64,000 nucleotides of DNA, taken from positions 82,238,091 through 82,302,090 of the forward strand of contig NC_052147.1 in the NCBI RefSeq assembly GCF_902713615.1, in the 5' to 3' direction. The position numbers were made by a program, and so were the translations under genes. This DNA is from Scyliorhinus canicula. Lineage: Eukaryota. Below are positions 1 to 12,920 of the stretch, one piece after another. The notes below the pieces were generated by a model, which saw only the letters and a program-made list of their open reading frames with translations, was not told where the DNA came from and searched no databases. The stretch's first letter is position 1, and each line of letters starts with the position of its first letter.

Positions 1-332
1 TAGTATAACAGTAATTTGACCATATTTACATGCTAAATAAAAGGGCCTGAATGATACAGTGAGGATCTGATGTCCTGGTACAGGCTTGTTCATGCACCTT
101 AAATTGTGGCACCCAGGCATTATCCATCAGATAATACACTCTACACAGGTACAGACATCAATCCAAATACGCAGCCCACCATAATTTCTGTGATGTTGCT
201 TTATCTCAGCATGCTCTTGGATAAAGCGAATTAGTGTTTTATTGAAGACATATCAAAATACTATGCATGTTCTGAAAATTGTTTACATTTGATTTATTCA
301 TTTGATATAAGATATTTGTTTTTTTTAAATAG

Positions 333-466
333 CTGAGCCACTGACTTTTCCGTCTGGAACTGGCCAATCATTTATTATGGGTTCAGATGATGTGCTGGAA
401 AGTGTTTTGGGCCTTGGTGACCTTGCAGACTTGACAGTAGCAAATGATGCAGACTTCAGTTATGAT
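333..466 (+). CDS. STRN3: STRN3 (striatin-3) internal coding exon
   Basis: AG acceptor at 331-332 after a T-rich tract and GTAAGT donor at 467. Translates (x)EPLTFPSGTGQSFIMGSDDVLESVLGLGDLADLTVANDADFSYD, matching the vertebrate striatin-3 segment before the WD40 domain. Ends in phase 0. Confidence 0.93.
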
Positions 467-689
467 GTAAGTATCTAATTAATGTAACTTAAATAGATTC
501 TAACTTTGCATTTTTTGTATTTAAGCAGCTATAATTGTTTTGGACAGATCATAGTTTGGGATAAAATAAGGACCAGAGACCGTCCTTCCCAAGACTGATA
601 GAAAAAGCGCTAATATGAACAACCCATTGTGTCTTCAATTCTTGTTAGCAAGCTTCGATATGTCTCAGTATAAAGAATAGAAAGAAAAT

Positions 690-1450
690 AAGAACTTGCA
701 TTTTATAGCCTATACAACACCACCATTAGAAAATCTTATGAGGAAAGGCTGATGGACTTGAGGTTGTTTTCGTTAGAGAGAAGAAGGTTAAGAGGTGACT
801 TAATAGAGGCATACAAAATGATCAGAGGGTTAGATAGGGTGGACAGCGAGAGCCTTCTCCCGCGGATGGAGGTGGCTAGCACGAGGGGACATAGCCTTAA
901 ATTGAGGGGTAATAGATATAGGACAGAGGTCAGAGGTGGGTTTTTTACGCAAAGAGTGGTGAGGCCGTGGAATGCCCTACCTGCAACAGTAGTGAACTCG
1001 CCAACATTGAGGGCATTTAAAAATTTATTGGATAAGCATATGGATGATAAGGGCATAGTGTAGGTTAGATGGCCTTTAGTTTTTTTTTCCATGTCGGTGC
1101 AACATCGAGGGCCGAAGGGCCTGTACTGCGCTGTATCGTTCTATGTTCTATGTTCTATGTTCACTGTTGTAATGCAGAGAAATATGCTAGCAGATTTACA
1201 CACTGCGAGGTTCCAGGAACAATAGTGAAATAGATTATATATTTTGGGAGAATTTGGATGAGGAATAAAGGTTGACCAGAACATATGGAGAACTTTCTTT
1301 CCTTCAAATATTATCATGTGATCTTTTACTTTAGACAGGATGTCAGTTTGACAAAGGCAATGCAACACCCTTCATACGGGACTGAAGTGTCAGCCTATAT
1401 ATGTTGAAGTTTCTGGAAGGGGCTTGAAGTCATGACCTCCTGCATGTCAA
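690..1450 (-). mobile_element. Old DeuSINE-like (SacSINE1/AmnSINE1 type) remnant, interrupted by a CR1 fragment
   Basis: Degenerate motifs (gatcttttac; actgaagtgtcagccta; ggggcttgaa; cactgttgtaatg; aacttgcatttta) resemble the reverse strand of Deu-domain SINEs. Recognised from memory. Confidence 0.5.
733..1162 (+). mobile_element. CR1 (HER1-like) LINE, 5'-truncated 3' end
   Basis: CR1 ORF2 C-terminus (LFSLERRRLRGDLIE...TRGHSLKL...FFTQRVV..WNALP), GGGCCGAAGGGCC stem-loop and (GTTCTAT)n tail. Confidence 0.92.
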
Positions 1451-1950
1451 AATTTCAAGTCAAAGCTGACAACTCTGAAATGTAAATTAAAGTCAGCGCA
1501 GACATGAAATGGCCATACTCCTGAGATAGATGCACCATTCCATGATTTTTGTTGTTATGATGCATTGGAAATGTTTGTTTTGTGAACTCGTGGCAAATTA
1601 TTTGGTTCAAGCTACTGTCAATCAGTCAAAAAGTATCGCTGAATAGTGCGCTAGATGAGCCTTTTTTTTTCAAACCCACAGGTTGTTTTATTGTTCAGTT
1701 AGGCGTAGAGTTTATGATTTATTTGTATGCAAACATATATTGTCAGACTTGAGCAGCTTGTTTGTTGTTTACAATATTGAGAGTTTCACCAGACTGTCAT
1801 TGGCAGGTGTCAAATTAAGGGTAGGTGCTTCCCTAGATTTAGATTTGAATTTATTGTCATGTGTACTGAGGTACAGTGAAAAGTATTCTGCGTACAGTCC
1901 AGGCAGATTGTTTCATACATGAAAAATATGATAAATACACAATGTAAACC

Positions 1951-2133
1951 AGGGGCTGGTTTAGCTCACTCGGCTAAATCGCTGGCTTTTAAAGCAGACC
2001 AAGCAGGCCAGCAGCATGGTTCGATTCCCGTACCAGCCTCCCCGGACGGGCGCCGGAATGTGGCGACTAGGGGCTTTTCACAGTAACTTCATTGAAGCCT
2101 ACTCGTGACAATAAGCGATTTTCATTCATTCAT
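1951..2133 (+). mobile_element. tRNA-derived SINE with (TTCA)n tail
   Basis: A-box-like tttagctcactcgg, B box ggttcgattccc and ttcattcattcatt tail. Confidence 0.8.
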
Positions 2134-2204
2134 TAAATACATAGACATTGGAACATACGGAGAATGCTACACGTGGAGAGGCCAGTTCAGTCCATAAGAG
2201 GGTC

Positions 2205-2386
2205 ATGAAATGAAATGAAAATCGCTTATTGTCACGAGTAGGCTTCAAATGCAGTTACTGTGAAAAGCCCCTAGTCGCCACATTCCAGCGCCTGTTCAGG
2301 GAGGCTGTTATCGGAATCGAACCGTGCTACTGGCCTGCTTGGTCTGCTTTCAAAGCCAGCAATTTAGCCCTGTGCTAAACAGCCCT
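2205..2386 (-). mobile_element. Second copy of the same tRNA-derived SINE, inverted
   Basis: Reverse complement aligns along the full length of 1951-2133; (TTTCA)n tail. Confidence 0.8.
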
Positions 2387-2490
2387 GAGGAATCTGGTAA
2401 CAGCGATGAAGAAGCTGTTTTTGAATCTGCTTCTGCCTGATGGAAGCGGTTGGAAGAGAGAATAACCCAGGTGGGAGGGGTCTTTGATTA

Positions 2491-2836
2491 GGGGCAGCAC
2501 GGTAGCATTGTGGATAGCACAATTGCTTCACAGCTCCAGGGTCCCAGGTTTGATTCCGGCTTGGGTCACTGTCTGTGCGGAGTCTGCACATCCTCCCCGT
2601 GTGTGCGTGGGTTTCCTCCGGGTGCTCCGTTTTCCTCCCACAGTCCAAAGATGTGCAGGTTAGGTGGATTGGCCATGATAAATTGCCCTTGGTGTCCAAA
2701 ATTGCCCTTGGTGTTGGGTGAGGTTACTGGGTTATGGGGATAGGGTGGAGGTGTTGACCTTGGGTAGGGTGTTCTTTCCAAGAGCCGGTGCAGACTTGAT
2801 GGGCTGAATGGCCTCCTTCTGCACTGTAAATTCTAT
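2491..2836 (+). mobile_element. HE1-like V-SINE (long form)
   Basis: tRNA-like head, V-domain core GCGTGGGTTTCCTCCGGGTGCTCC..TTTCCTCCCACAGTCCAAAGA, and CR1-type tail (gggctgaatggcct...ttctat). Confidence 0.88.
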
Positions 2837-5006
2837 ACTGCCTGCTTTCCCAAGGCGGTGTAGACTGAGTCAATGGATGGGAGGCGGGTTCACGGAATGG
2901 ACTGGACGATGTTCACCACTCTCTGAAGTTTCTTGCGGTCTTGGGCCAAGCAGTTGCCATAGCTGGCTATGAAGAAGCCACATAAGATACTTTTTATGTT
3001 GCATCTATAAAAATTGATAAGAGTCAATGTGGACATGCTGAATTTCCTTAGTTTCCTGAGGAAGTATAGGCGTTGTTGTGCTTTCTTGGTTGTAGCGTTG
3101 ACATGGATGGACCAGGACAGATCGTTGGTGATGTGCAAGCCCAGGAATTTGAAGCTGTCAACCATCTCCTGTCAAATACAGGCTTGCGATGCTGTATCTA
3201 AATCCGCAAAGTGCGATGAATAATTTTGGTGCGCTCCAATAGCTGCATGAGAATATGATATAGTGGGTAATGTGGCTTACAAATGCTGAGGACTGGGTGC
3301 TTAATATTCAAGGTGTAGTAATCCAGGAGACACAAAAAGGAAGGTCAAAAGTATAGTTGCACTTGCAGTTTGCAACACAATTGTACCACCCCAATATGGG
3401 TAGAGCTAAGAAATAGGAAGGGTGCAGTAACATTGTTGGGACTTTACTACAGGCCTCCCAAAAGCAAGCGTGAAGTAGAGGTACAAATATGTAGACAGAT
3501 TATCGAAAAATGTAGGAGCAATAGGGTGGTCGTGATGGGAGATTTTAACTTCCCCAACATTGAATGGGACTCATGTAGTGTTGGAGGCGTAGATGGAGCA
3601 GAATTTGTAAAGAGCATCCAGGAGAGTTTTTTAGAGCAGTATGTAAATAGTCCAACTCGGGAAGGGGCCATACTGGACCTGGTATTGGCAAATGATCCTG
3701 GCCAGATGGTTGAAGTTTCAGTCGGTGATTACTTTGGGAATAGCCATCACAGTTCCGTAAGTTTTAGAATACTCCTGGACAAAGACGAGAGTAGTCCTAA
3801 AGGAAGAGTGCTAAATTGGGGAAAGGCCAAGTGTAACAAAATTCGGCAGGAGCTAGGGAATGTGGATTGGGAACAGCTGTTTAAGGGTAAATCCACATTT
3901 GAAATGTGGGAGTCTTTTAAGGAAAGGTTGATTAGAGTGCAGGACAGACATGGCCCTGTGAAAATGAGGGATAGAAATGGCAAGATTAGGGAACCATGGA
4001 TGACGGGTGGAATTGTGAGACCAACTGAGATGAAAAAGGAAGCATACATCAGATCGAGGCGACTTGAAACTGATGAAGCTTTGGAGGAATATCGGGAAAG
4101 TAGGACGAATCTCAAACGCGCAATAAAGAGGACTGAAAGGGGTCATCAAATATCGTTGGCTAACAGGGTTAAGGAAAATCCTAAAGCCTTTTATTCGTAT
4201 ATAAGGAGCAAGAGGGTAACTAGAGAAAGGATTGGCCCACTCAAAGACAAAAAAGAGGGAATTTATGCGTGGAGTCAGAGGAAATGGGTGAGATGCTTAA
4301 TGAGTACTTTGCATCGGTATTCACCAAGGAGAGGGACATGGCGGATGTTGAGGCTAGGGATGGATGTTTAAATACTCTAGGTCAAGTCGGCATAAGGAAG
4401 GGGGAAGTTTTGGGTATTCTAAAAGGCATTAAGGTGGTCCCCAGGTCCGGATGGGATCTATCCCAGGTTACTGAGGGCAGTGAGGGACGAAATAGCTGGG
4501 GTCAGATATCTTTGCAGCATCCTTGAGCACGGGTGAGATCCCGGAGGACTGGAGAATTGCTAATGTTGTCCCTTTATTTAAGAAGGGTAGCAGGGAAAAT
4601 CCAGGGAATTATAGACCTGTGAGCTTGACGTCAGTGGTAGGCAAACTGTTGGAGAAGAATTCTTCCTCAAAATCCCCCCGATTATTCTTATACCGTGAGC
4701 CACTGAAGTCCGGCTTCCACAAAGACACACTTTCAAATCTTTGTTTAAACAATGCTTTACCTCAGCTGCTTCTATCAAGGTTTTGCCTCCAGGTTTTACG
4801 CCTCCTCCTTCCTGATTCCTTTGTCTTGACTCTTGCACAAATTCCTCACAATTTGCTTTAATTATTGATTCCTGGACTGTATTAAGGTGGCACCAAACTT
4901 TTGATTTTTCTCTGACGTCTGTTTTCCCACTTTAAATCTGGTCACTGCAACTGTCCCTTTAATTCAGAATACTTTATCTGCTTTTCCCTTGATCTCTCCT
5001 GAACAA

Positions 5007-5223
5007 AGGGCGGCACAGTGGTTAGCATTGCAGCCTACGGCGCTGAGGACCCGGGTTCGAATCCCGGCCCTGGGTCACTGTCTGTGTGGAGTTTGCACAT
5101 TCTCCCCGTGTCTGCGTGGGTTTCACCCCCACAACCCAAAGATGTGCAGGCTGGGTAGATTGGCCACTCTAAATTGCCCCTTAATTGGAAAAAATAATTG
5201 GGTACTCTAAAATTTTTTTAAAA
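5007..5223 (+). mobile_element. Short V-SINE with A/T tail and 13-bp TSD
   Basis: tRNA head and shortened V-domain. TSD CTCTCCTGAACAA at 4994-5006 and 5224-5236. Confidence 0.85.
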
Positions 5224-6010
5224 CTCTCCTGAACAATACCTTGTTAAACCTTTCGGTCTCTGCTCCCTTAACTTCAGACTTCCCCACGGTCGGCTATTGC
5301 AGAAAATATGGAGCCATGGGATTCAGGGTGATTTAGCAGTTTGGATCAGAAATTGGCTCGTTGTAAGAAGACAGAGGATAGAGGATGGTGGTTGATGGGA
5401 AATGTTCAGCCTGGAGTTCAGTTACTAGTGGCGTACCACAAGGATCTGTTTTGGGGCCACTGCTGTTTGTAATTTTTATAAATAGCCTGGAGGAGGGCAT
5501 AGAAGGATGGGTGAGTAAATTTGCAGATGACACTAAAGTCGGTGGAGTTGTGGACAATGCGGAAGGATGTTGCAGGTTACAGAGGGATATAAATAAGCTG
5601 CCGAGCTAGGCTGAGTGGTGGCAAATGGAGTTTAATGCAGAAAAGTGTGGAAGGAATAACAGGAAGACAGAGTACCGGGCTAATGGTAAGATTCTTGGTA
5701 GTGTGGATGAACAGAGAGATCTCGGTGTCCATATACATTGTATTTAAACCTCACCACTATTCTTAGACTTCTTAGGTTTCCCCTTTACGAAACAAGGGTC
5801 AAGAGATTCTAAATGGTGGCCAGGGATTCACACTCCCCAACTCTTATACAGACTTTAGCAGGTGCTATTCAGGTCAAACTAGTTTTTCAAGTTATTCCCT
5901 GGGATAACCCGTATCTTTATAGAAGAATTTGATCTACTTACCACCTAGTAGCATCGATCCTGGGTCCCGCGTTGCTAGGTAAGTAAAGTAGACTTTTGTA
6001 ATAAACCACT

Positions 6011-6354
6011 AGAACATAGAACATAGAACATAGAACAGTACAGCACAGAACAGGCCCTTCGGCCCTCGATGTTGTGCCGAGCCATGATCACCCTACTTAA
6101 ACCCACGTAACCCGTATACCCGTAACCCAACAATCCCCCCATTAACCTTACACTACGGGCAATTTAGCATGGCCAATCCACCTAACCCGCACATCTTTGG
6201 ACTGTGGGAGGAAACCGGAGCACCCGGAGGAAACCCACGCACACACGGGGAGGACGTGCAGACTCCACACAGACAGTGACCCAGCCGGGAATCGAACCTG
6301 GGACCCTGGAGCTGTGAAGCATTGATGCTAACCACCATGCTACCGTGAGGCCCC
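6011..6354 (-). mobile_element. V-SINE with HER1/CR1-derived 3' tail
   Basis: V-domain, plus tail ACATCGAGGGCCGAAGGGCC...(TTCTATG)n shared with the CR1 3' ends in this window. Confidence 0.9.
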
Positions 6355-6358
6355 TGTT

Positions 6359-7029
6359 TCGCAATACCCTTTCTGTCCATGTGATTCCACATCAAGTACT
6401 CAATATCATGAGAGGGCCTTCATGTTAACCTGACCTTGGTTTGCCAGCTTACTGGCAGGGAGGTTTCCTGTTAATTATTCTGGGGCATTCCAGCCTTTCA
6501 TTCCTTTATCTTTTGAAAGTATTGTATTTTCTTGTTTCAGGTTTAAACTTTAAGTTATTTTATTTTTTCTTTTAAAAGATAAAATCACTGTCTTTACAGA
6601 AAAGTAAAAAGATCTTGCATCTGGATTCTCCTGGTCGGTTAATCAGACCTTCCTGGGCCTCCTCGACAATCTCTCTTCTTTATCTTTTGGTCTCCTCCCG
6701 GTGGATTTGCTGTTCTGCTCGGTTTTCGTGTTCAGTTCTTCCCATGACCGAGATCACCCTGCAGGCTGGGGCCGATCTAGGATATATATCACCTTTAAAA
6801 CAGCTTTGCTGGTTACATGACATTATTCTAAAGTATTTTCTTCTGCTCCTGATCGCAATACCCTTTCTGTCCATGTGATTCCACATCAAGTACTCAATAT
6901 CATGAGAGGGCCTTCATGTTAACCTGACCTTGGTTTGCCAGCTTACTGGCAGGGAGGTTTCCTGTTAATTATTCTGGGGCATTCCAGCCTTTCATTCCTT
7001 TATCTTTTGAAAGTATTGTATTTTCTTGT
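6359..7029 (+). repeat. 177-bp direct duplication (6359-6535 = 6853-7029)
   Basis: Identical sequence from TCGCAATACCC to TTTTCTTGT at both positions. Confidence 0.9.
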
Positions 7030-10000
7030 ATTCTTAAATGTTTCAAGTTATTCAAAATTATGATTCTGACAATTCCAATCAATTGCTTGCTAAACTAAAT
7101 AACTTCTATTAAAGGGTATAAAACTCATTCTCTTTATTTAACTTAAAACTTAATTTTTTATAATAATTTCTTGAACTAAAGATATTAAGTTACAGCATGA
7201 ACTGCTTCCTTATCTCAAGACCTGTGTGATAATGGCTGTCTGCTTTCTAAACAACCTTTGTCTGCAGTTAACCCTTCGAGCGCCTTCTGCTATTTCATTT
7301 TAGCATTTCATTACATTTACTTTAATGGGATCTTTTCTGTTACTTTGCTTTTTCTCATGTTCCTTGGGTTTTAACATCAGACCTTCATGTTTCAAATTAC
7401 ATCTTTGCATTTTCATTAACAACATAGATCCCTGAAAGTTGCCACCCAGGTTGATAGGGTTGTTAAGAAGGCGTACGATGTGTTAGCTTTTATTGGTAGG
7501 GGGATTGAGTTTCGGAGCCATGAGGTCATGTTGCAGCTGTACAAAACTCTGGTGCGGCTGCATTTGGAGTATTGCGTGCAGTTCTGGTCGCCGCATTATA
7601 GGAAGGATGTGGAAGCATTGGAAAGGGTGCAGAGGAGATTTACCAGGATGTTGCCTGGTATGGAGGGAAGATCTTATGAGGAAAGGATGAGGGACTTGAG
7701 GCTGTTTTCGTTAGAGAGAAGGTTAAGAGGTGACTTAATTGAGCCATACAAGATGATCAGAGGATTAGTTCGGGTGGACAATGAGAGCCTTTTTCCTCGG
7801 ATGGTGATGGCTAGCACGAGGGGACATAGCTTTAAATTGAGGGGAGATAGATATAGGACAGATGTCAGAGGTAGGTTCTTTACTCAGAGGTAAGCGCGTG
7901 GAATATCCTGCCTGCAACAGTAGTGGACTCACCTTTATTAAGGGCATTTAAATGGTCATTGGATAAACATATGGATGATAAGAGAATAGTGTAGATGGGC
8001 TTTAGAGTGGTTTCACAGGTCGGTGCAACATCGAGGGCCGAAGGGCCTGTACTGCGCTGTCATGTTCTATGTTCTGAGACATTCTTTCTCTCCCAATTCC
8101 CAGGCTGTATGGACTTTATCTGGTTCTTTGGGAAGTCTGCCTTTTTGGAGCACCCCTGCCCTGCCCAGCTTTTCTTCTGGCAGAGCTTCTTTTTTATAAA
8201 TCATTTTGTTGGCATTTCCTATATTTCTAAGCAGTTTTTTAATATATATATATATACATCACATTTAATTTCCTTAATTATACAGAGGTTTAGATTGTCC
8301 TTTGTTTAACTGACCCTATGTGCATTTTGTTGCCCTCTGGATTGATCTACGGTTTCTCCCCCTTCCCCGTTGGCCCACCCCCCACCACCACCACACACAC
8401 AGCCTCGTATGTGCTTTTCTTTTATTTTACAGACAGGGTGGAGAGAGAAGAAAAAAGGGAGAGGGTGGTTTCCCCACCTTCTCCCCCCCTTTCCCGGGTT
8501 GCGCAGTCTTTTGGTACCTCATCTATCTTGCTTTTTAAAAAATTCTCATTAGGTTACTCCTTGCTGCTGGCCTCGAACAGGTTTTGGAACAGACCGACGA
8601 ACTGCCCCCAAGTATCCAGGAAGCCTTCCTCTGACCCTCGGGTGGCGTACTTAATCTTTTCCAGGTGGAGATATTCCGAGAGGTCAGGGAGCCAGTCTGC
8701 AGCTGAGGGTGGTGCTGCCGATCGCCAGCCGAGCAGGATTCTCTGGCGTGCGATTAGAGAAGCGAAAGCAAGGGCGTTGGCCCCCTTCCCCATGTGTAAC
8801 TCTGGCTGCTCCAATACCCCGAAGGTTGCCACTATTGGGCATGGCTTCACCCTCACCCCCACAACCTTGGACATTGCCTCGGAGAAGGCTGCCCAGAACC
8901 CAGCAAGCTTGGGGCAAGCCCAAAACATGTGGGTGAACCGCTCACATTTGTCCTCCACCTTTGGGAAGAACCTGCTCATTGGGGTTCTGGTCAGATGCGC
9001 TCTGTGCACCACTTTGAGCTGCGTTAGGCTTAGCCTTGTGCAGGAGGAGGTGGAGTTCACCCTGCTCAGTGTTTCGCTCCAGAGTCCCCATCCCACCTCT
9101 GTCCCCAGTTCGTCCTCCTAATTTTGTCTGCTCTCGTCCAGTGGAGTCCGGGCTATGTCCAGTAGCTGTCTGTACATTTTCCCACATAGCCCCCCCTTCG
9201 TTGCTTGTGCCTATCGGGTCCTCTAGTAGTGTGGTTTCTGGGGTCCCAGGTACCCTACTGTCTCTTTGCGGAGGAAGTGTTTTATTTGGAGGTGTAGCAT
9301 TTCTTGTCCTTTCGCTAGCCTCCACTTCCTCGTCAGTTCATCTAGTGTCGCCAGTCTGTGTCCTACGTAGAAGTCCCCGACCGTCAATGTGCCCCCGTCC
9401 CGCCTCCATCTTTTGAAGGTGGTATCCAGCATGGCTGGGGGTTTATCTGTGATTGCCGCATATGGGAGCCATGGGGGACATTTTGGCTATCCCGAAGTGT
9501 TGTCTCAGCTGGGTCCACGTTCTCAGCGTGGCCGCTACCACTGGGCTCGTTGTGTATCTTGTTGAGGAGTATGGGAGTGCTGCTGTGGCCAGGGCCCAGA
9601 GGGTCATTTCTTCACAGGATGCCTCCTCCATTTGTACCCAACCTGTGTCGGGTTCTTGTACCCATCCCCTCACTGAAGATCGGAATGGATCTAAAGAGGA
9701 AGAGGAACCTTTCAGTGCGTTCATCTTGATCGTCTGCACTCTCCCTGCCAGGGAGAGTGGGAGTGAGCCCCACCTTTGAAGGTCTCTTCTTACTTCCTCC
9801 ACCAGGCTGGTCAGGTTCCACTTGTGGATCTGTGTCCAATCTCTCGCTATCTGGATCCCCAGGTAATGGAATCTGTTCTGGGCTGTTTTGAACGGGAGCC
9901 CCTCCAGCTCTCTCCCTCCCCCGTTTGGGTTCACTGGGAAAGCCTCACTTTTGCCCAGGTTAAGTTTGTAGCCTGAGAAGGTTCCAAACTCTTTCAATAT

Positions 10001-10562
10001 TTGCAGTATTGCCTTCAGTCCCTCCTGTGGCTTCGAGACATAGACGAGCAGGTTATCTGCATAGAGTGAGACTCTGTGCTCTCTGTCTCCTCTCCGGAAT
10101 CCCTTCCAGCTTTTCGCGTCCCGCAGGGCTCTCGCCAGGGGTTCGATCGCAGGCGCGAACAAGAGTGGGGACAGGGGGCAGCCCTGTCTTGTTCCTCTCT
10201 GCAGCTGGAAGTATTTAGAGCTGGTGGTGTTAGTTCGGACACTCGTTTTGGGAGCGTTGTACAGGAGCCTCACCCAGGCGGTGAACCCCGCTCCTACCCC
10301 AAACCGTTCCAGTACCTCTGAGGTATTTCCATTCGACTCTGTCAAATGCCTTTTCTGCGCCTAGGGAGATGATCACCTCTGGTGTTCTCTCCCCAGAGGG
10401 GGTCATTCGTACGTTTAGCAACCGCCTGATGTTCGCTGTGAGCTGCCTACCCTTCACAAAGCCTGTTTGGTCCTCTGCGACCACCTCTGGTACACAGCGC
10501 TCCAGCCTTTTGGCCAGGACCTTTGCGAGTATTTTCGCATCCACGTTCAGCAGTGAAATCGC

Positions 10563-10893
10563 AGAATTTACAGTGCAGAAGGAGGCCACTTGGCCCATCG
10601 AGTCTGCACCGGCTCTTGGAAAGAGCACCCCACCCAAGGTCAACACTTCCACCCCATCCCCACAAACCAGCAACCCCACCCAACACCAAGGGCAACCTTG
10701 GACATAAGGGCAATTTATCATGGCCAATCCACCTAACCTGCACATCTTTGGACTGTGGGAGGAAACCGGAACACCCGGAGGAAACCCACGCACACACGGG
10801 GAGGATGTGCAGACTCTGCACAGACAGTGACCCAAGCCGGAATCGACCCTGGAGCTGTGAAGCAATTGTGCTATCCACAATGCTACCATGCTG
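10563..10893 (-). mobile_element. HE1-like V-SINE nested in L1 ORF2
   Basis: V-domain core and tRNA head interrupt the RT just before ISLLNVDAKIL. Confidence 0.88.
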
Positions 10894-12920
10894 CCTATGG
10901 GTCTGTGTGATCCACATTCCATCAGGTATTTATCTTGGGTATCCGTGAAATTGTGGCCTGCGTTAATGTGGGGGGCAGGGTGCCCCTTGTCAGTGAGTCC
11001 GCGAACATATCCCTTAAGTGTGGGGACAGGACTGGTGCGGATTTTTAGTAGAAGTCCACCGGGAACCCGTCGTGTCCCGGTGCCTTCCCGGCTGCATGGA
11101 GCTGATGCACTCCATGATTTCTCCCAGGTCTATTGGTGCTTCCAGCTCTCTCTCTCTCTTCGTACAGTCCCCAGTAGAAGGTCTCAAATGCTCGATTGAC
11201 CTCCTTTGGCTCTGTTACCGGTCTGCCTCTGCTATATTTTACCTGCGCTATTTCCCTTGTGGCTGCCTGCTTTCTCAGCTGGTGAGCCAATAGGCGGCCA
11301 GCCTTGTCTCCGTGTTCGTAGAAGGTCCCCCGTGTGTGGTGGAGTTGGTACACTGCTTTCCTAGTGGATAGCAGATTAAAGTCCATTTACAGCTTTTTTC
11401 TCTCCACCAGCAGCTCTACAGTCGGGTCCTCGGAGTATTTTCTGTCGACTTCCAGGATGGAGTCCACCAGTTGTTGCCTGGCCACCCTCTCTTCCCCATC
11501 TCTGCTTGCCTTGTAGGCTATGATCTGTCCTCTAATCATGGCCTTCAGTGCCTCCCAGAACATGGAGGGTGAAATCTCCCCGTTTTGGTTGTTACTAACG
11601 TAGTCACCTATGGCCAGCAATGTTTTTTGACAGAAGGCCTTGTCAGCCAAGAGATCCGTGTCCAGCCTCCAGTGGGGCGCTGGCACCGGCCTGTCTCCAA
11701 CCTCACATCCATATACGGTGGAGCGTGGTCAGAGATAATGATTGCAGAGTACTCTGTTCCTGTGATCCCTGGCAGCACCGATTTCCCCACTGCAAAGAAG
11801 TCAATACGGGTGTACTTTTGAGAACTCCATGAGTCCACCGCCCCCATCTGCTCCATAAATGCTCCTAGTTCCCTGGCCATGCCAGTCTTTTTCCCTGCTT
11901 TGGGGTTTGATCGGTCGGTCAGTGGATCCTGTACACAGTTGAAGTCACCCCCCATGATCAGTCAGTGTGTATCAAGGTCGGGGATTTCTGCCATGGTCTT
12001 CTTTATGAATCCTGTGTTGTCCCAGTTGGGAGCATACAAATTTACCAGTATGACCGGTGCCCCTTCCCGGACACTGCTGACCATGACGTACCGTCCCCCT
12101 GGGTTTGTAACTGTCTTGGTTTCCGTAAACCTCGCCCTCTTGCTAATTAATACTGCCACGCCCCCTAGCCCTTGTCCCGTAGCATGAGTTGTATGTCTGT
12201 CCCACACAGCCCTTTCTTACCAGCAGTCGGTCCTTCTCCCTCAGGTGCGTCTCTTGTAAGTAGATAATGTCTGCTTTTAGGCTGCTTAGGTGTTTGAAGA
12301 CTTTGGATCATTTAACCGGGCCGTTGAATCCCCTTACGTTCCAGGTGACAATCCTGGTGGGGGGTTTCTGACTCCCCGGGCCTGCGGGATCACCCATACT
12401 TACCTGGTGGACGCGCCCCTGCATTCCGGGGTTTCCCTTCGTTAGGGGGCCGTCCAAAATGGCCGCGGTCGCTGCTCTCGCCATGAGGTCGGGCTCCGGG
12501 GTTTCCTTTTGTCCAGGGGGCACCCAACATGGCCGCCAGCTGTGTGTATGCCACATGGCTGCGCCCCTGCACTCCAGGGTCTCCCTTCGCCCTGAAGCCC
12601 TCCCGAGTGGTTGTTTGTGGCGCCATCTTGGTTCCTCACCCTGCTCCATGCCTGCCGAGGTCTGTGTTCGTGCTGTTTATCTACCTCACCCTTCTCTTTG
12701 CTTCTCTTCTGTTCTGCGCTCTTACCCCCCCCCCCCCAACTCCTCTCACTCCCTCCCATAGTCTCTGTTCGCCCTCTGTGTTCTTCTCCCCCCACCCCAC
12801 CCCCTCTGCCCTGTCCCCCCTCCCCCTCTTTGTGCCAAGCGCTCCCTCTCCCTTGAGAGGCGTACCACGGCCCTCCTTTCTTCCTGCCCTCCCGCGTTGG
12901 CCGTCCGCACTAGCACGGTG

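Larger units (their letters stand above)
1835..3170 (-). mobile_element. Rex1/Babar-type LINE 3' fragment with nested SINEs
   Basis: ORF 2890-3165: FKFLGLHITNDLSW...KAQQRLYFLRKL...NFYRC...DRKKLQRVV, typical of the Rex1/Babar RT C-terminus. Confidence 0.75.
5739..7421. mobile_element. LTR-like insertion (TG...CA ends, 4-bp TSD ACAT)
   Basis: Splits the CR1 sequence ...CATATACAT|AGATCCC. ACAT is duplicated at 5735-5738 and 7422-7425, and the ends are TGT...ACA. No recognisable protein. Confidence 0.6.
3200..8073 (+). mobile_element. CR1 LINE ORF2 (APE endonuclease + RT), fragmented by insertions
   Basis: YYRPP, VVMGDFNFP, LDLVL, WRIANVVPLFKKG, NYRPVSLTS (3370-4660); [18 protein letters not shown] (5280-5738); C-terminus and tail (7422-8073). 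Confidence 0.9.
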
